Source: Longimicrobiales bacterium
GTDB lineage: Bacteria; Gemmatimonadota; Gemmatimonadetes; Longimicrobiales; RSA9
Length of the DNA: 64,000 nt
Direction of reading: 5' to 3'
Assembly (NCBI GenBank): GCA_035461245.1
Contig: DATHVP010000062.1
Span: 3,956-67,955, forward strand
Both the position numbers and the translations under genes were made by a program. Positions 24,386 to 34,206 of this stretch are shown in pieces; positions within the stretch are counted from its first letter, which is position 1; each line of letters begins with the position of its first letter. Below the pieces are notes generated by a model. The model had not been told where the DNA came from, searched no databases, and saw nothing but the letters and a program-made list of their open reading frames with translations.

Positions 24386-26482
24386 TCAGGAGCCGTAGAG
24401 TTCCCGATAGATGAGGGCGTTCTGCTGCACGATGCGCACATAGCTGCGCGTCTCCTCGAAGGGGATCCGCTCGATGAATAGCTCAGTGTCAGCATACTCC
24501 GGGAACTGCCGCCACGCCCTGAGCCGGGTGGGGCCGGCGTTATAGGATGCGATGGCGTCCACGAGACGACCGTTGTGAGCGCGGATCTGGTCCGCCAGGT
24601 ACTTCGTCCCGATCTGCAGGTTCAGCGACGGCTCCGTCAGGCGCGCGGTGGTGAACCCGCTGATGCCCAGCCCCCGGGCCACCGCCGTACCGGTGTTCGG
24701 CATGACCTGCATGAGCCCCACAGCGCCCACGGGGCTCCGGGCCCGGGGGTTGAACATGGACTCCTGGCGGATGAGGCCGGCTACCAGGTACGGGTCCAGG
24801 CCGTTGGCCTGGGCGTACCTGATGACGTCGTCACGGTAGGGGAATGGATAGACGAGTTCCAGGATCTGGCGGTTCCACGCGCCATCGGCGCGACGCAGCA
24901 GTTCGCGGCCGATGCTGATGCCATTGAAGATCTGGCCCCGGGCATGGTAGGCCTGCCCCAGGGCGTAGAGTGCCCCTTCCAGGCCGTCGTACTGCGCGAT
25001 GATGCGCGCCGATTCCAGCGTCGCCGCCTCGGTCAGTTCCAGGGCGCGGAGCACGTCGAGCGCATCCAGCCGGGCTGCCACCGCATACCGGACCTGTGCC
25101 GAAGCCGTGGACGGCTGGCTCTGGCCGAAGTCCCAGCGCCCGGCGGCCAGGCGGTCGCCGGCCCGCAGGCCGTAGTAGCTGAAGGGATCCATGCGCCGCA
25201 CCTCGGCCAGGACGGTCCTCGCACTGTCCGGTGCGCCCGCCGCCTCCAGCGCGTGGGCGAGCCAGTAGCCGGGCTGCTGGCGGGCCCTGCCGTCCAGCCG
25301 CTGCCACGCGTCGGCGTAGACCGCAGCGGCCTCCCGCGGCCTGCCGGCCATGAGAGAGAAAGCCCCCAGCCGGGCCGCGGACAGCCCGGTCTCGGGACCG
25401 CCGGCCTGGATGACGGCCCGGTAGTGCGTGCTCGCGCTCTGGACGCGGCCGGCATCGTGGTCCAGATCGCCGAGGATGAAGTGAGCGCGGGCCGCGGATT
25501 CCGACCCCGGGAACTCGCGGGTCACGGCCAGGAACCGGGTGCGGGCGTCGTCGTGCCGGCCCTGGCGATAGAGGGCGCGGCCCAGCAGCAATGCGGCTTC
25601 GGCCGAGTGCTCCCTGCTGCCGCCTGCGGCCACAGCCGCGCGCAGCCGCCTCTCGGCGGCAGGGTAGTCCCGGGTCTCGAACAGCGCCCGGCCCAGCTCG
25701 AGCTGAATCATGGCGCGCTCGGTGGCCGGGAGCGAGGCGGCGGCCAGGTAAGCGTCGTACGCCGCCGTCGCCCGGGGCATGTTCCGGTGCCTGAGGTAGA
25801 CGCGGCCGATGCGACGCCGGTCCTCGGCGGTAAGCCCGGCCAGCCCGTCCAGGGTCCGGGCTGCCTCCACTGCCGCCGCGGGGGCTACACTCTCGTCAAT
25901 CGCCCGGCGCAACAGCGCCCGCGCCTCGTCGTGGCGACGCGCGCTGGCATGGATGGCGCCGGCCCGCGCCAGGGGAGCGACCCGGCGGGCGGGCTCTGTC
26001 ATGGCATCGGCGGCGGCGATGGCGGCGCGTGCGGCGCCTGCCCCATCGCCGGCGGCCTGGGCCGCGTCCACCCGGGCGCGCCATCCCCAGTCCCGCACGA
26101 TCTCCGGATCCGATGCGGCGAGGTGCCGGCGGACGGCGGCCGTGTCGCCGGTGCGGGCGACGGCGGTGGCGGAGAGTGCGTGAGCCCAGGGCTCCAGTGC
26201 CGGCACCAGTTCCGCCGCCTTCCGGTACGCGGCCACGGCGGCAGCGGCGTTGCCGGCATTGGCTGCGGTCAGTCCGGCGCGCATCTCCGTTTCCGCGGCG
26301 CGGACGGCGACGGTATCGCCCACCAGCGGCAGGGGCGCCGTCTCCGGGTGCGGCGCCGCCAGCGCGGCCCGGGCCTCATCCGGCGAAAATGGCGCGCCGG
26401 TCTGCGGGGCGGCAGTGTCCGCGCCGGCAGTGGCGCGGGCGAGGGCGCCCAGGATCAGGGTCAGGATCAGCAGATGGTGCAT
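24386..26482 (-). CDS. Soluble lytic murein transglycosylase (Slt70-like, TPR/superhelical N-domain plus SLT domain)
   Basis: ORF 24386..26482. Signal peptide, long Ala-rich helical repeat region, and the SLT catalytic block GLIRQESMFNPRARSPVGAVGLMQVMP. Confidence 0.85.
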   Translation of the reverse strand: MHHLLILTLILGALARATAGADTAAPQTGAPFSPDEARAALAAPHPETAPLPLVGDTVAVRAAETEMRAGLTAANAGNAAAAVAAYRKAAELVPALEPWAHALSATAVARTGDTAAVRRHLAASDPEIVRDWGWRARVDAAQAAGDGAGAARAAIAAADAMTEPARRVAPLARAGAIHASARRHDEARALLRRAIDESVAPAAAVEAARTLDGLAGLTAEDRRRIGRVYLRHRNMPRATAAYDAYLAAASLPATERAMIQLELGRALFETRDYPAAERRLRAAVAAGGSREHSAEAALLLGRALYRQGRHDDARTRFLAVTREFPGSESAARAHFILGDLDHDAGRVQSASTHYRAVIQAGGPETGLSAARLGAFSLMAGRPREAAAVYADAWQRLDGRARQQPGYWLAHALEAAGAPDSARTVLAEVRRMDPFSYYGLRAGDRLAAGRWDFGQSQPSTASAQVRYAVAARLDALDVLRALELTEAATLESARIIAQYDGLEGALYALGQAYHARGQIFNGISIGRELLRRADGAWNRQILELVYPFPYRDDVIRYAQANGLDPYLVAGLIRQESMFNPRARSPVGAVGLMQVMPNTGTAVARGLGISGFTTARLTEPSLNLQIGTKYLADQIRAHNGRLVDAIASYNAGPTRLRAWRQFPEYADTELFIERIPFEETRSYVRIVQQNALIYRELYGS

Positions 26483-26486
26483 GCTC

Positions 26487-27065
26487 TCAATCAGTGCTGC
26501 TCAGGGGTGCCGTCAGCCATGGCGGCTGCAGCGCTGCGATGCGTTCGGCCACCGGACAGTCGGCGCGATGGGCGCCGGGCAGGTACCCGGTGCTCATGAG
26601 GAACTCGCCGGTGATTTCCCCGCCTGTAAACCGGAACGTGGACCGGAACAGCTTCACCCAGGCCGCCTTCGCCAGCGGATGGTGCGCGTCCAGCCAGCCC
26701 GCGAAGCTGCCGTGTGTCTCACGGAGTTGCTGCACCCGTCGTGCATTCTCGATTACCGCATCCACCTTCAGCCGGTTCCGTACAATGGTCGGGTCGGCCA
26801 GTAGTCTGGCCCGTTCCGCGTCCCCATAGCCGGCGACGGCGTCCACGTCGAAACCGTCGAAGGCCCGGTGGAATGCGTCCTTCTTCTTCAGGATTGTAAG
26901 CCAGGAAAGGCCGGCCTGGTTGATCTCCAGGGCCAGACGTTCCAGCAGCTGTGCGTCCGTGTCCAGCGGAAACCCGTACTCCGTGTCGTGATACGGCCCG
27001 TGCCATGGATGTCCCGGCGCAACATCACAGTAACTGGTCACGAATGCCTCCGGCGGCAGGTTCAA
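26487..27065 (-). CDS. tag: DNA-3-methyladenine glycosylase I
   Basis: ORF 26487..27065. Tag blocks: YHDTEYGFP, ALEINQAGLSWLTILKK, IVRNRLKVDAVIENAR. Confidence 0.9.
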   Translation of the reverse strand: MNLPPEAFVTSYCDVAPGHPWHGPYHDTEYGFPLDTDAQLLERLALEINQAGLSWLTILKKKDAFHRAFDGFDVDAVAGYGDAERARLLADPTIVRNRLKVDAVIENARRVQQLRETHGSFAGWLDAHHPLAKAAWVKLFRSTFRFTGGEITGEFLMSTGYLPGAHRADCPVAERIAALQPPWLTAPLSSTD

Positions 27066-27089
27066 CGAGTGAAAGGTAGCGCCGTGCGC

Positions 27090-27503
27090 CTATTTCCGCC
27101 GCTGGTTGCGCCGTTCGAAGACGACCTCGTCGTTTACGATCATGTAGCGGATCACCGCTTCACGCGCTTCCGGGAACGCGTCCAGCCGATCCTTGAAGCG
27201 GTCATTCGACACGACACTGGCGTCCAGCTCCCGGGCGAAGGACAGGATGAAGTAGTCGGCGTCGGTGCCCGCCGGCGCCTGCCGGATGCGGCCGTCGTCC
27301 ACCATTGTCTCGTATTCGTCCCGCCGGTCGATCTGGTGCCGCAGCGCGGCGTCCACCACGACAATGGGCTCGTAGCCCTGCTCCTTGAGCTTGCCGCAGA
27401 CCAGCCGGATGTTTTCCAGGCGGGCCTCGCCGCCCTCACTGGAATGGGCGACATTGGACCCGTCCACGATGGCGGTGCGGCCGCCCCCGTTCTCTATCGT
27501 CAT
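27090..27503 (-). CDS. NYN-domain ribonuclease, Zc3h12a/Regnase-like
   Basis: ORF 27090..27578, start at the internal ATG 27501-27503. The motifs IVDGSNVAHS, GTDADYFIL and VVSNDRFKD parallel the Regnase-1 catalytic Asp positions. Confidence 0.7.
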   Translation of the reverse strand: MTIENGGGRTAIVDGSNVAHSSEGGEARLENIRLVCGKLKEQGYEPIVVVDAALRHQIDRRDEYETMVDDGRIRQAPAGTDADYFILSFARELDASVVSNDRFKDRLDAFPEAREAVIRYMIVNDEVVFERRNQRRK

Positions 27504-27673
27504 GCCAGTGACGCTGGCAAGGGGAGTGCCACGTTGCACAACCTGTTTTGCCCGCCCTGGGTGACAGCGGCGCTGCATGGCAGCGGCACGGGAGTCGCAT
27601 CAGATTGCTGAACGCTGTTCCGACGCCGCGCGCCCGCCGGGTCGGCCAACATCACCTCAGAGGAACCCGAGTC

Positions 27674-28054
27674 ATGTCGCCTGTACAGCGCCCGCTCTCC
27701 GAGCCCATGATGTCGTTCGACCTCCAGCCCACGCTGAGAACCCTCAGGGACGACGAGTCCTATCGTCGCTCCGGTCGGCTCGGCCGTACGCTGGCCCGCT
27801 CAGGTCGGCTGAGGATGGTGCTCGTCGCATTGAACGCCGGTGTCGAGGTAGGCACGCACCAGGCGGACAGCCCCATGACCATCCAGGTCCTGGAAGGCAG
27901 GATCGGCTTCCGCGTAGCCGGGGAGAACCACGAACTGAGCGCCGGCCAGGTTCTCTTCTTCGGCCCCGGCGAGGCCCATGACATCCGGGCGCTGGACGAA
28001 TGTGCCCTCCTCCTGACCCTGTCAGCCATCGGAGACGACGCAACGAACGCCTGA
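27674..28054 (+). CDS. Cupin domain protein
   Basis: ORF 27548..28054, start at the in-frame ATG 27674. The cupin-like region GVEVGTHQADSPMTIQVLEGRIGF...LSAGQVLFFGPGEAHDIRA supports the call. Confidence 0.6.
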   Translation: MSPVQRPLSEPMMSFDLQPTLRTLRDDESYRRSGRLGRTLARSGRLRMVLVALNAGVEVGTHQADSPMTIQVLEGRIGFRVAGENHELSAGQVLFFGPGEAHDIRALDECALLLTLSAIGDDATNA

Positions 28055-28083
28055 GTGGCCGGGGGCCGCCGGAGGCTGGCCCC

Positions 28084-29289
28084 TCAGTCCAGCAGATCGC
28101 CGGGTATGATGGTGTCCGCGCCGAACCGGGCCCTGAGCCGGTCGGCCACATCGGCGAGGGCGCGGTCGCGTTCCGTTTCCCTCACCTCGCCTGTGGCCGT
28201 GGCCGGGTCGGTGGTGTCGAAGATGCCGATCTGGCCGGCGCCCCTGGGGATGAGGTTGGACGCCGACACGCCGATGAGCCGGGCGCCCACGCGGCGGTCC
28301 GCCCGCAGGCGGGCCAGCAGCGGCCGGGCGGCGGCGTAGACGCCGGGATCGGTCTCCACCGCGTCGTCCAGCGTCCTGGAGGCCTGTCGCGTGCGGAAAT
28401 CATGGTCCCGCAGCCGGACGGTGATGGTCCGTGCCCGCAGCCCGTCGGCGCGCAGGTCTGCGGCCAGCCGGCGGACCAGCACGCGCAGTTCCCGGAGCAG
28501 CTCCGCGTCCTCGTGCAGGTCACGGGCGAAAGTCTCGTCCCGGGACATGGACTTCGCCGGTGACTGCGGGTCCAGCGGCGTGTCATCGCGTCCCCGGAGC
28601 CGCTGATGAAGCCAGTGGCCCCTTCGTTCGCCCAGCAGGTTCTCCAGCTGGACGGCGCTGAGGGCCACACCGTCGCCCACCGTCTTCAACCCGAACTTCA
28701 GCAGCTCCGCCGTCAGCACCGGGCCCACACCAGGGATGTCGCCGATGTCATGCTCCAGCATGAATCTCGCTTCCTGGCCAGGCGGCACCATGAAGACGCC
28801 CGCCGGCTTGGCCCGGGACACGGCCAGCTTGGCGATGAGCCGGTTCGTGCCGCCGCCAATGCTGACGTGGATCTCCGTGTCCTCCAGCACCGCCGCCTGT
28901 ATGCGACGCGCCGTGTCCTCCAGCGCCTCGCCGTGGTACAGCCGCTCGGTGCCCGACAGGTCCAGGTACGCCTCGTCCACGGACGCCGGCTCCACCACCG
29001 GCGTGAAACGCTCCAGCACGCCGCGGATGGCCCGGCTCTTCTCGCCGCACAGGCCACGCGGAACGGGCACCACCACGGCCTGCGGGCAGAGACGCTGCGC
29101 CTGGGAAGTGGGCATGCCCGAGCGCACGCCGAAGGCCCGCGTCTCGTACGACGCCGACGTCACCACGCCCCGGCCGCTGGCGGAACCGCCCACCAGCAGC
29201 AGCGGCTCCCGGCCGGCCCCGTCGGGATCGGCCAGGCGGGCGCACTGGACGAAGAACTGGTCGCAGTCCACGAGGAGGATCCGTCGCAT
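28084..29289 (-). CDS. dinB: DNA polymerase IV (Y-family)
   Basis: ORF 28084..29289. ILLVDCDQFFVQCA, SYETRAFGVRSGMP, SVDEAYLD. Confidence 0.9.
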   Translation of the reverse strand: MRRILLVDCDQFFVQCARLADPDGAGREPLLLVGGSASGRGVVTSASYETRAFGVRSGMPTSQAQRLCPQAVVVPVPRGLCGEKSRAIRGVLERFTPVVEPASVDEAYLDLSGTERLYHGEALEDTARRIQAAVLEDTEIHVSIGGGTNRLIAKLAVSRAKPAGVFMVPPGQEARFMLEHDIGDIPGVGPVLTAELLKFGLKTVGDGVALSAVQLENLLGERRGHWLHQRLRGRDDTPLDPQSPAKSMSRDETFARDLHEDAELLRELRVLVRRLAADLRADGLRARTITVRLRDHDFRTRQASRTLDDAVETDPGVYAAARPLLARLRADRRVGARLIGVSASNLIPRGAGQIGIFDTTDPATATGEVRETERDRALADVADRLRARFGADTIIPGDLLD

Positions 29290-29320
29290 GGAGGGAATCT
29301 AGGGCAATGGACCGCCAGGT

Positions 29321-30199
29321 CTACCGCGCCCCGGCCCGGCCGGGACGGGGCGCAGCGGTGAGCTCCAGCACGGCGATCTCCGGGGGCGCCAGGAAACGGA
29401 CCGGAAGGTGGGTGGTGCCGATGCCCCGGGACGTGTAGACCTGCGTCCACGGGCGACGTCGTACCCCCGCTTCGTACAGCTCCGGGTGCTCCGCAGAGTT
29501 GATCACGGCACCGAGGAAGGGCAGCCGGACCTGGCCGGCGTGGGTGTGGCCGCTGACGATGAGGTCCACGCTGTCCAGCGCCCGGCGAGCCCGCTCCGCC
29601 TGGTCCGGATGGTGGGCCAGCAGCAGCGTGAAATCCCGTTGCTCCAGCGGCGGCAGGAAATCCAGTCGCGGCCGCCCATGCGCCAGGTCGTCAACTCCGG
29701 CAATGCACAGCCGCGCGGTTGCCTCCGGCCCGGGCGCCCGGCTGACGGACACGGTCCTGCACCGATTGGTCAGGTCCACCAGCGTCGGGCGACGGGCGAC
29801 GGCGTCATGCCACCGTTCGATGCCCACGTCCCGGTAGTCGTGGTTGCCGGGCACTACGAACACGCCGAGCGGCGCGCGCAGGCTGGCCAGTTCGTCCAGG
29901 ACCACTTCCAGTGCGGCTTCCGTCTCCGCCAGGTCCCCTGCCACGGCGATGATGTCCGGCTGCACTGCCAGCGTCTTGCGGACCACCCGCCGCAGCAGTC
30001 CCCGGGGCGTAGTCGGTGAGGCGTGCAGGTCCGTCAGCAGCGCGATACGCAGCCCCTCCAGGGCCGGACGCAGGTCCCGGAAGTGCAGGCGGGTGTGCGT
30101 TCGGTAGACCAGGCGGGGCTCCACCAGCCGGGCGTACAGCGCCGTGCCGGCGGCAACGCCGCCCAGCGCCAGGGCCATGGCCTTCAGCTTTCCGTTCAT
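29321..30199 (-). CDS. Metallophosphoesterase (calcineurin-like) with N-terminal membrane anchor
   Basis: ORF 29321..30199. Motifs LTDLHASP, GDLAE, GNHDY, SGHTHAGQ. Confidence 0.8.
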   Translation of the reverse strand: MNGKLKAMALALGGVAAGTALYARLVEPRLVYRTHTRLHFRDLRPALEGLRIALLTDLHASPTTPRGLLRRVVRKTLAVQPDIIAVAGDLAETEAALEVVLDELASLRAPLGVFVVPGNHDYRDVGIERWHDAVARRPTLVDLTNRCRTVSVSRAPGPEATARLCIAGVDDLAHGRPRLDFLPPLEQRDFTLLLAHHPDQAERARRALDSVDLIVSGHTHAGQVRLPFLGAVINSAEHPELYEAGVRRRPWTQVYTSRGIGTTHLPVRFLAPPEIAVLELTAAPRPGRAGAR

Positions 30200-30319
30200 G
30201 CCTCAGTCAGGGGCAAGGGGTGGGCCAGACACGATCATGCGAACCCATGGCCCGACCCGTGCAGCCCCACCCCGGTCAGCGTCCGGAGTTACGAACAACC
30301 TGTCTACGGAGGGAATAAC

Positions 30320-30838
30320 ATGAGTCGTGCAAGCCTGCTGCTGCTGGCGGCCCTCGTCACCGCGGGATGCGGCGGCGATGGCGGCGATGCCCCCGTCTCC
30401 GGCGAGCCGCGACCCCTCCGCGACGGACCGACCCGGCCGCCGCAGGCCCACGTCGAGGGCAATTACGCCCTCGACTACGCCGAGGGCACCGGCCTGCCTG
30501 CCGTCATCCGGCGCAGCAACGGCTGCCACACCGAGATCGTCGAGGCCGCCCTCCGCCTCGAGGCCGGCCGCTTTGCTTTCCAGAGTACCACCCGCGAAGT
30601 CTGCGGCGGGGAGCCCGGAGAGGAAGAGACCCAGGCCGCCGGCGGGACATACAGCCTGGACGGGAACCAGGTCACGTTCCGGGCGGAGACCGGTGGCGCC
30701 TTCACCCAGGCCGTCGGTGTCGCCGACGACGAGTCCATCCTCATCCAGCAGCTCACTACCCAGGCCGGGGTGGAACACATTGCCTGGCGCTTTGACCGGC
30801 CCGGGCCGGAGCTCGTACCCGAAGAAGGCGTGCGTTAG
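30320..30838 (+). CDS. Hypothetical lipoprotein
   Basis: ORF 30023..30838. Start at the in-frame ATG 30320 gives MSRASLLLLAALVTAGCGG (lipobox). No family recognised. Confidence 0.5.
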   Translation: MSRASLLLLAALVTAGCGGDGGDAPVSGEPRPLRDGPTRPPQAHVEGNYALDYAEGTGLPAVIRRSNGCHTEIVEAALRLEAGRFAFQSTTREVCGGEPGEEETQAAGGTYSLDGNQVTFRAETGGAFTQAVGVADDESILIQQLTTQAGVEHIAWRFDRPGPELVPEEGVR

Positions 30839-30914
30839 AACACCGGCAACCGGCAACGGCCCCGTGCAGGCGGTCTCGATGCCGCCTGCCACCGCCGTGC
30901 CCATCCCCCGCAAC

Positions 30915-30938
30915 CTGCCTGACACGCCTGTCAGGCAG
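30915..30938 (+). terminator. Hairpin downstream of the lipoprotein gene 30320..30838
   Basis: CTGCCTGACA-CGCC-TGTCAGGCAG, 10-bp stem with no U tract. Confidence 0.35.
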
Positions 30939-31007
30939 TTCCCCCGCCAGAATCCTCCAACCCCCGTATTGCGCCGCCGGTGAGGGCCCAGTAACTTCCC
31001 GCGGTCG

Positions 31008-31024
31008 TTGAGAATCGTTCTCAA
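31008..31024. promoter_or_regulatory. Fur-family (Fur/Zur-like) operator candidate upstream of the TonB-dependent receptor
   Basis: TTGAGAATCGTTCTCAA is a 7-3-7 perfect inverted repeat. The inner 15-mer TGAGAATCGTTCTCA matches the Fur 7-1-7 core TGATAATNATTATCA at 11 of the 14 defined positions. It ends 20 nt before ATG 31045. Confidence 0.55.
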
Positions 31025-31044
31025 TCTCATTGCAGCGGGGAGCT

Positions 31045-33561
31045 ATGAGTCGGACACAGCAGGACAGGAGCGGCGCGAGTTTCGTGACACGCGCCCTGAT
31101 GGCAGCCGCCGTGGCGGCACTGGCGTTCACGGGGTCGGCGGCGGCGCAGGGGCAGGTGGCGCTGGGTGGCGCCAATCCCCTGCCGGGCGTAATCGCCGGG
31201 CAGGTGGTGGCGGAGTCCACAGGCGAGGGCCTGCCGGGCGCACAGGTGCTGGTGCGCGAGACAGGGGTCCGGGTAGTGGCGGACGAGGCGGGACGGTTCC
31301 GCGTTGATGGTGTGCGCGCGGGCCGGTACACGCTGGATGTTTCGCTGCTGGGCCGGACGCACGGCTCGGAGCGTGTGGACGTGCAGGAGGGCCGCACGCT
31401 GAACGTCTCCATCGAGCTGGGGATGGCCCCCGTGACGCTGGAGGCGCTGACGGCGCGGCTGGAGCGGACGGAGATGGTGGGAGGGCAACTCACGCGGATC
31501 CCTGGCTCGGCGCATGTACTGACGGCGGATCGGCTGGCGGCGCAGAAGCTGGCCTTCGACGACGTGCACATGATCCTGCGGCAGGTGCCGGGCGTGAACG
31601 TGTCGGACGAAGAGGGTTTCGGCCGTCGCCCGAACATCGGCATGCGGGGCACGGGCGTAGGCCGCAATGCGAAGATCACGGTGATGGAGGACGGCGTCCT
31701 CATCGCGCCGGCGCCCTACACGGCTCCCGCGGCGTACCTGTTCCCGGTGGCCGGCCGCATGGAATCCATCGAGGTGCGCAAGGGCTCGAGCCAGGTGCGC
31801 TATGGTCCGTGGAGCACGGGCGGTGCGCTGAACCTGGTGACGAGCAGCATCCCGGCCCGGACGGAAGGGCTGCTGGACATGAGCGGCGGCGAGCATACCA
31901 CGGGCAAACTGCGGGCGCGGGTGGGCAGCACCCACGGCCAGTTCGGCTGGCTGGCGGAGACGTACCAGCTGCGCACGGACGGCTTCAAGCAGCTCGACAC
32001 CGGTGATGAGACCGGCTTCGACCTGCAGGACTACATGCTGAAGCTGCGCCTGTCGAGTGCCCCGGCGTCCCGGTTCTTCCAGGATGTGGAGCTGAAGCTC
32101 TCCCGCACGGCGGAAGCCTCCCGCGAGACCTATCTCGGCCTCGCCGACACCGACTTCGCGGCCGCACCGCTGCGCCGGTATGCGGGGACGGCCATGGACC
32201 GGCTGGACACGGAGGCCACACAGTACCAGCTCCGTCACTTCATCCGTCCTGCCGCAGGATTCGACGTGACCACCACGATCTACCAGCATGAGTTTGCCCG
32301 GACCTGGTACAAGCTGGACCGGATGAACACGGGCTCGCTGGCGGCGATCCTGACGCAGCCGGAGCATGCAACGTCGCTGGACGTGCTGCGCGGCGCGAAC
32401 AGTGCCGACAACGCGCTCCTCGTACGCAACAACAATCGGGATTACATGTCCCGTGGCATCCAGTCGGTGGTGGGCCTGCAGTTCAGCGCGATGGGTGAGC
32501 ATGCGCTGGAGATCGGGGCGCGCTACCACTACGACTCGGAGGACCGGTTCCAGCATGACGATGCGTACCGCATGCGGGACGGCCGGATGGAACTGACCAC
32601 CGCCGGCGCGCCGGGCAGCCAGGACAACCGCATGGGCGAGGCCCGGGCCCTGGCGCTGTTCGCCCAGGACCGCATCACCGTGGGCGACTGGACACTGACG
32701 CCGGGTGTGCGCTACGAGAACATCGACTTCACAACCACCCGCTGGGCGCTGGGCGACGTGTCCCGTGCCGACGTCACTGCCGAGGGGACGAATTCGGTTT
32801 CGGTATGGGTGCCGGGCGTGGGCTTGAGCCGGGTCATCGGCCGCCACGGCCAGCTCTACGCCGGCGTGCACCGCGGCTTCGGCCCGCCGGGAGCCGGGGC
32901 GGACAATGATGCCCGTCCCGAGTCCAGCGTCAACTACGAGCTGGGCGGCCGGTTCGAGATGCTCGGGACCAGCCTGCAGGCGTCGGCGTTCTACAACGAC
33001 TACACCAACATCCTGGGCCGGGCTACCCTGGCCTCGGGCAGCGACGGCAGCAACGAGCTGTACAACGGCGGTGCCGCCACAGTACGGGGACTCGAGGTTT
33101 CCGCGGACTACGATGTCGCCCGGGACCGGGGCTGGGGCGTGCGCGTTCCGGTACGGGCGGCCTACACGTATACGGACGCCACCTTCCAGTCGGCGTTCCA
33201 GTCCAGCTTCGGCGAGTGGGGCACGGTGGAGGTAGGCGACGAGCTGCCATATCTGCCGCGGCACCAGGGTTCAGCGTCCGTTGGCGTGGAAGCGCCGCGG
33301 TGGCGGCTGGACCTGTCAGCGGTGAACGCCGGCGCCGCGCGTACCGTCGCGGGCAGCGGGGCGCTCCAGCCGGGCCTGTCCACGGACGCCTACACGGTGT
33401 TCAGCCTGTCCGGTGAGGTGGGCGTGACGTCATGGACGCGGCTGTACGCCGGTGTCCAGAACCTGACGGATGCCACGTACGTCGCGGCGCGGCGCCCCTT
33501 CGGCGCCCGGCCGGGCCTGCCCCGGACGGTGACCCTCGGGCTGCGGGCGCTGGTGCAGTAA
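31045..33561 (+). CDS. TonB-dependent outer-membrane receptor with N-terminal carboxypeptidase-regulatory-like domain
   Basis: ORF 31030..33561 (TTG). ATG 31045 is preferred because GGGGAG lies upstream. Signal peptide ...AFTGSAAAQ, CarboxypepD_reg-like domain (GQVVAESTGEGLPGAQVLV...GRYTLDV), plug (GVNVSDEEGFGRRPNIGMRG), and a C-terminal barrel ending in an aromatic-rich strand. Confidence 0.85.
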   Translation: MSRTQQDRSGASFVTRALMAAAVAALAFTGSAAAQGQVALGGANPLPGVIAGQVVAESTGEGLPGAQVLVRETGVRVVADEAGRFRVDGVRAGRYTLDVSLLGRTHGSERVDVQEGRTLNVSIELGMAPVTLEALTARLERTEMVGGQLTRIPGSAHVLTADRLAAQKLAFDDVHMILRQVPGVNVSDEEGFGRRPNIGMRGTGVGRNAKITVMEDGVLIAPAPYTAPAAYLFPVAGRMESIEVRKGSSQVRYGPWSTGGALNLVTSSIPARTEGLLDMSGGEHTTGKLRARVGSTHGQFGWLAETYQLRTDGFKQLDTGDETGFDLQDYMLKLRLSSAPASRFFQDVELKLSRTAEASRETYLGLADTDFAAAPLRRYAGTAMDRLDTEATQYQLRHFIRPAAGFDVTTTIYQHEFARTWYKLDRMNTGSLAAILTQPEHATSLDVLRGANSADNALLVRNNNRDYMSRGIQSVVGLQFSAMGEHALEIGARYHYDSEDRFQHDDAYRMRDGRMELTTAGAPGSQDNRMGEARALALFAQDRITVGDWTLTPGVRYENIDFTTTRWALGDVSRADVTAEGTNSVSVWVPGVGLSRVIGRHGQLYAGVHRGFGPPGAGADNDARPESSVNYELGGRFEMLGTSLQASAFYNDYTNILGRATLASGSDGSNELYNGGAATVRGLEVSADYDVARDRGWGVRVPVRAAYTYTDATFQSAFQSSFGEWGTVEVGDELPYLPRHQGSASVGVEAPRWRLDLSAVNAGAARTVAGSGALQPGLSTDAYTVFSLSGEVGVTSWTRLYAGVQNLTDATYVAARRPFGARPGLPRTVTLGLRALVQ

Positions 33562-33592
33562 CCGACACAACGTGACGACGGCCCGTAATGCA

Positions 33593-33627
33593 GAACGGCC
33601 GGTGCCCTTCGAGGGCACCGGCCGTTC
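33593..33627. terminator. Hairpin between the convergent TBDR and OMP genes
   Basis: GAACGGCCGGTGCCCT-TCG-AGGGCACCGGCCGTTC, perfectly complementary 16-nt arms. Confidence 0.55.
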
Positions 33628-33647
33628 GCGTAGCGCGGGAGCCGCGA

Positions 33648-34154
33648 CTAGAACCGGATGCCGAAGCTCACCGGGACAAAGCGAAGCGCATGATCGCCGA
33701 AGGGCGCGTGGTAGCGCGCCTCGACGAACACGCCCAGGCCCGGCAGCGGAAGCCGGGCGCCGGCGCCGATGTTGACGCCCAGGTTCGTCTCACGCTCCTC
33801 GTCATGGGCGTGGTCCTCCGCGGAGTAGACGCCCACGCCGCCGATGATGTACGGCGTCAGCCCCACCATCGGGATGTTGAAGATGGCATTGGCGGTGCCG
33901 GACAGGACGTCGTAATTGCCGTGGTCCTCGCTGAAGCGGTTGAACATGCCGTCCACGCGGAAGCCGAAGGGCAGCATCGGCACACCCAACTCGCCGGCGA
34001 GCTGTACGTGGAAGCCCATATCGAGGTGATTCTCGCCTGTCGGGAAGCTGGGGCCGCCTGCCGCCGAGATCCGGACCTGCGCCTGTGCGTCCGCCGCGGA
34101 GAACGCCACCGCCGCCGCCATCACCGCCACTGCCATCGTCCACTGTCTCTTCAT
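33648..34154 (-). CDS. Small outer-membrane beta-barrel protein (OmpA-like beta-barrel / OmpW-size)
   Basis: ORF 33648..34166. Start at ATG 34152-34154, with GGAG 7 nt upstream. Signal peptide ...AFSAADAQAQ. Alternating beta-strand pattern ending in ...VSFGIRF (C-terminal Phe). Confidence 0.7.
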   Translation of the reverse strand: MKRQWTMAVAVMAAAVAFSAADAQAQVRISAAGGPSFPTGENHLDMGFHVQLAGELGVPMLPFGFRVDGMFNRFSEDHGNYDVLSGTANAIFNIPMVGLTPYIIGGVGVYSAEDHAHDEERETNLGVNIGAGARLPLPGLGVFVEARYHAPFGDHALRFVPVSFGIRF

Positions 34155-34206
34155 GTTTGTCTCCATGGGTCTGGGTTGTCTGCTGTCTGGTCAGTTGTTG
34201 ATCTGG

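Noticed and set aside
30839-31044. Cobalamin or other riboswitch upstream of the TonB-dependent receptor.
   Set aside because: No B12-box-like core is visible. The region is better explained by a hairpin after the upstream gene and a Fur-like palindrome.
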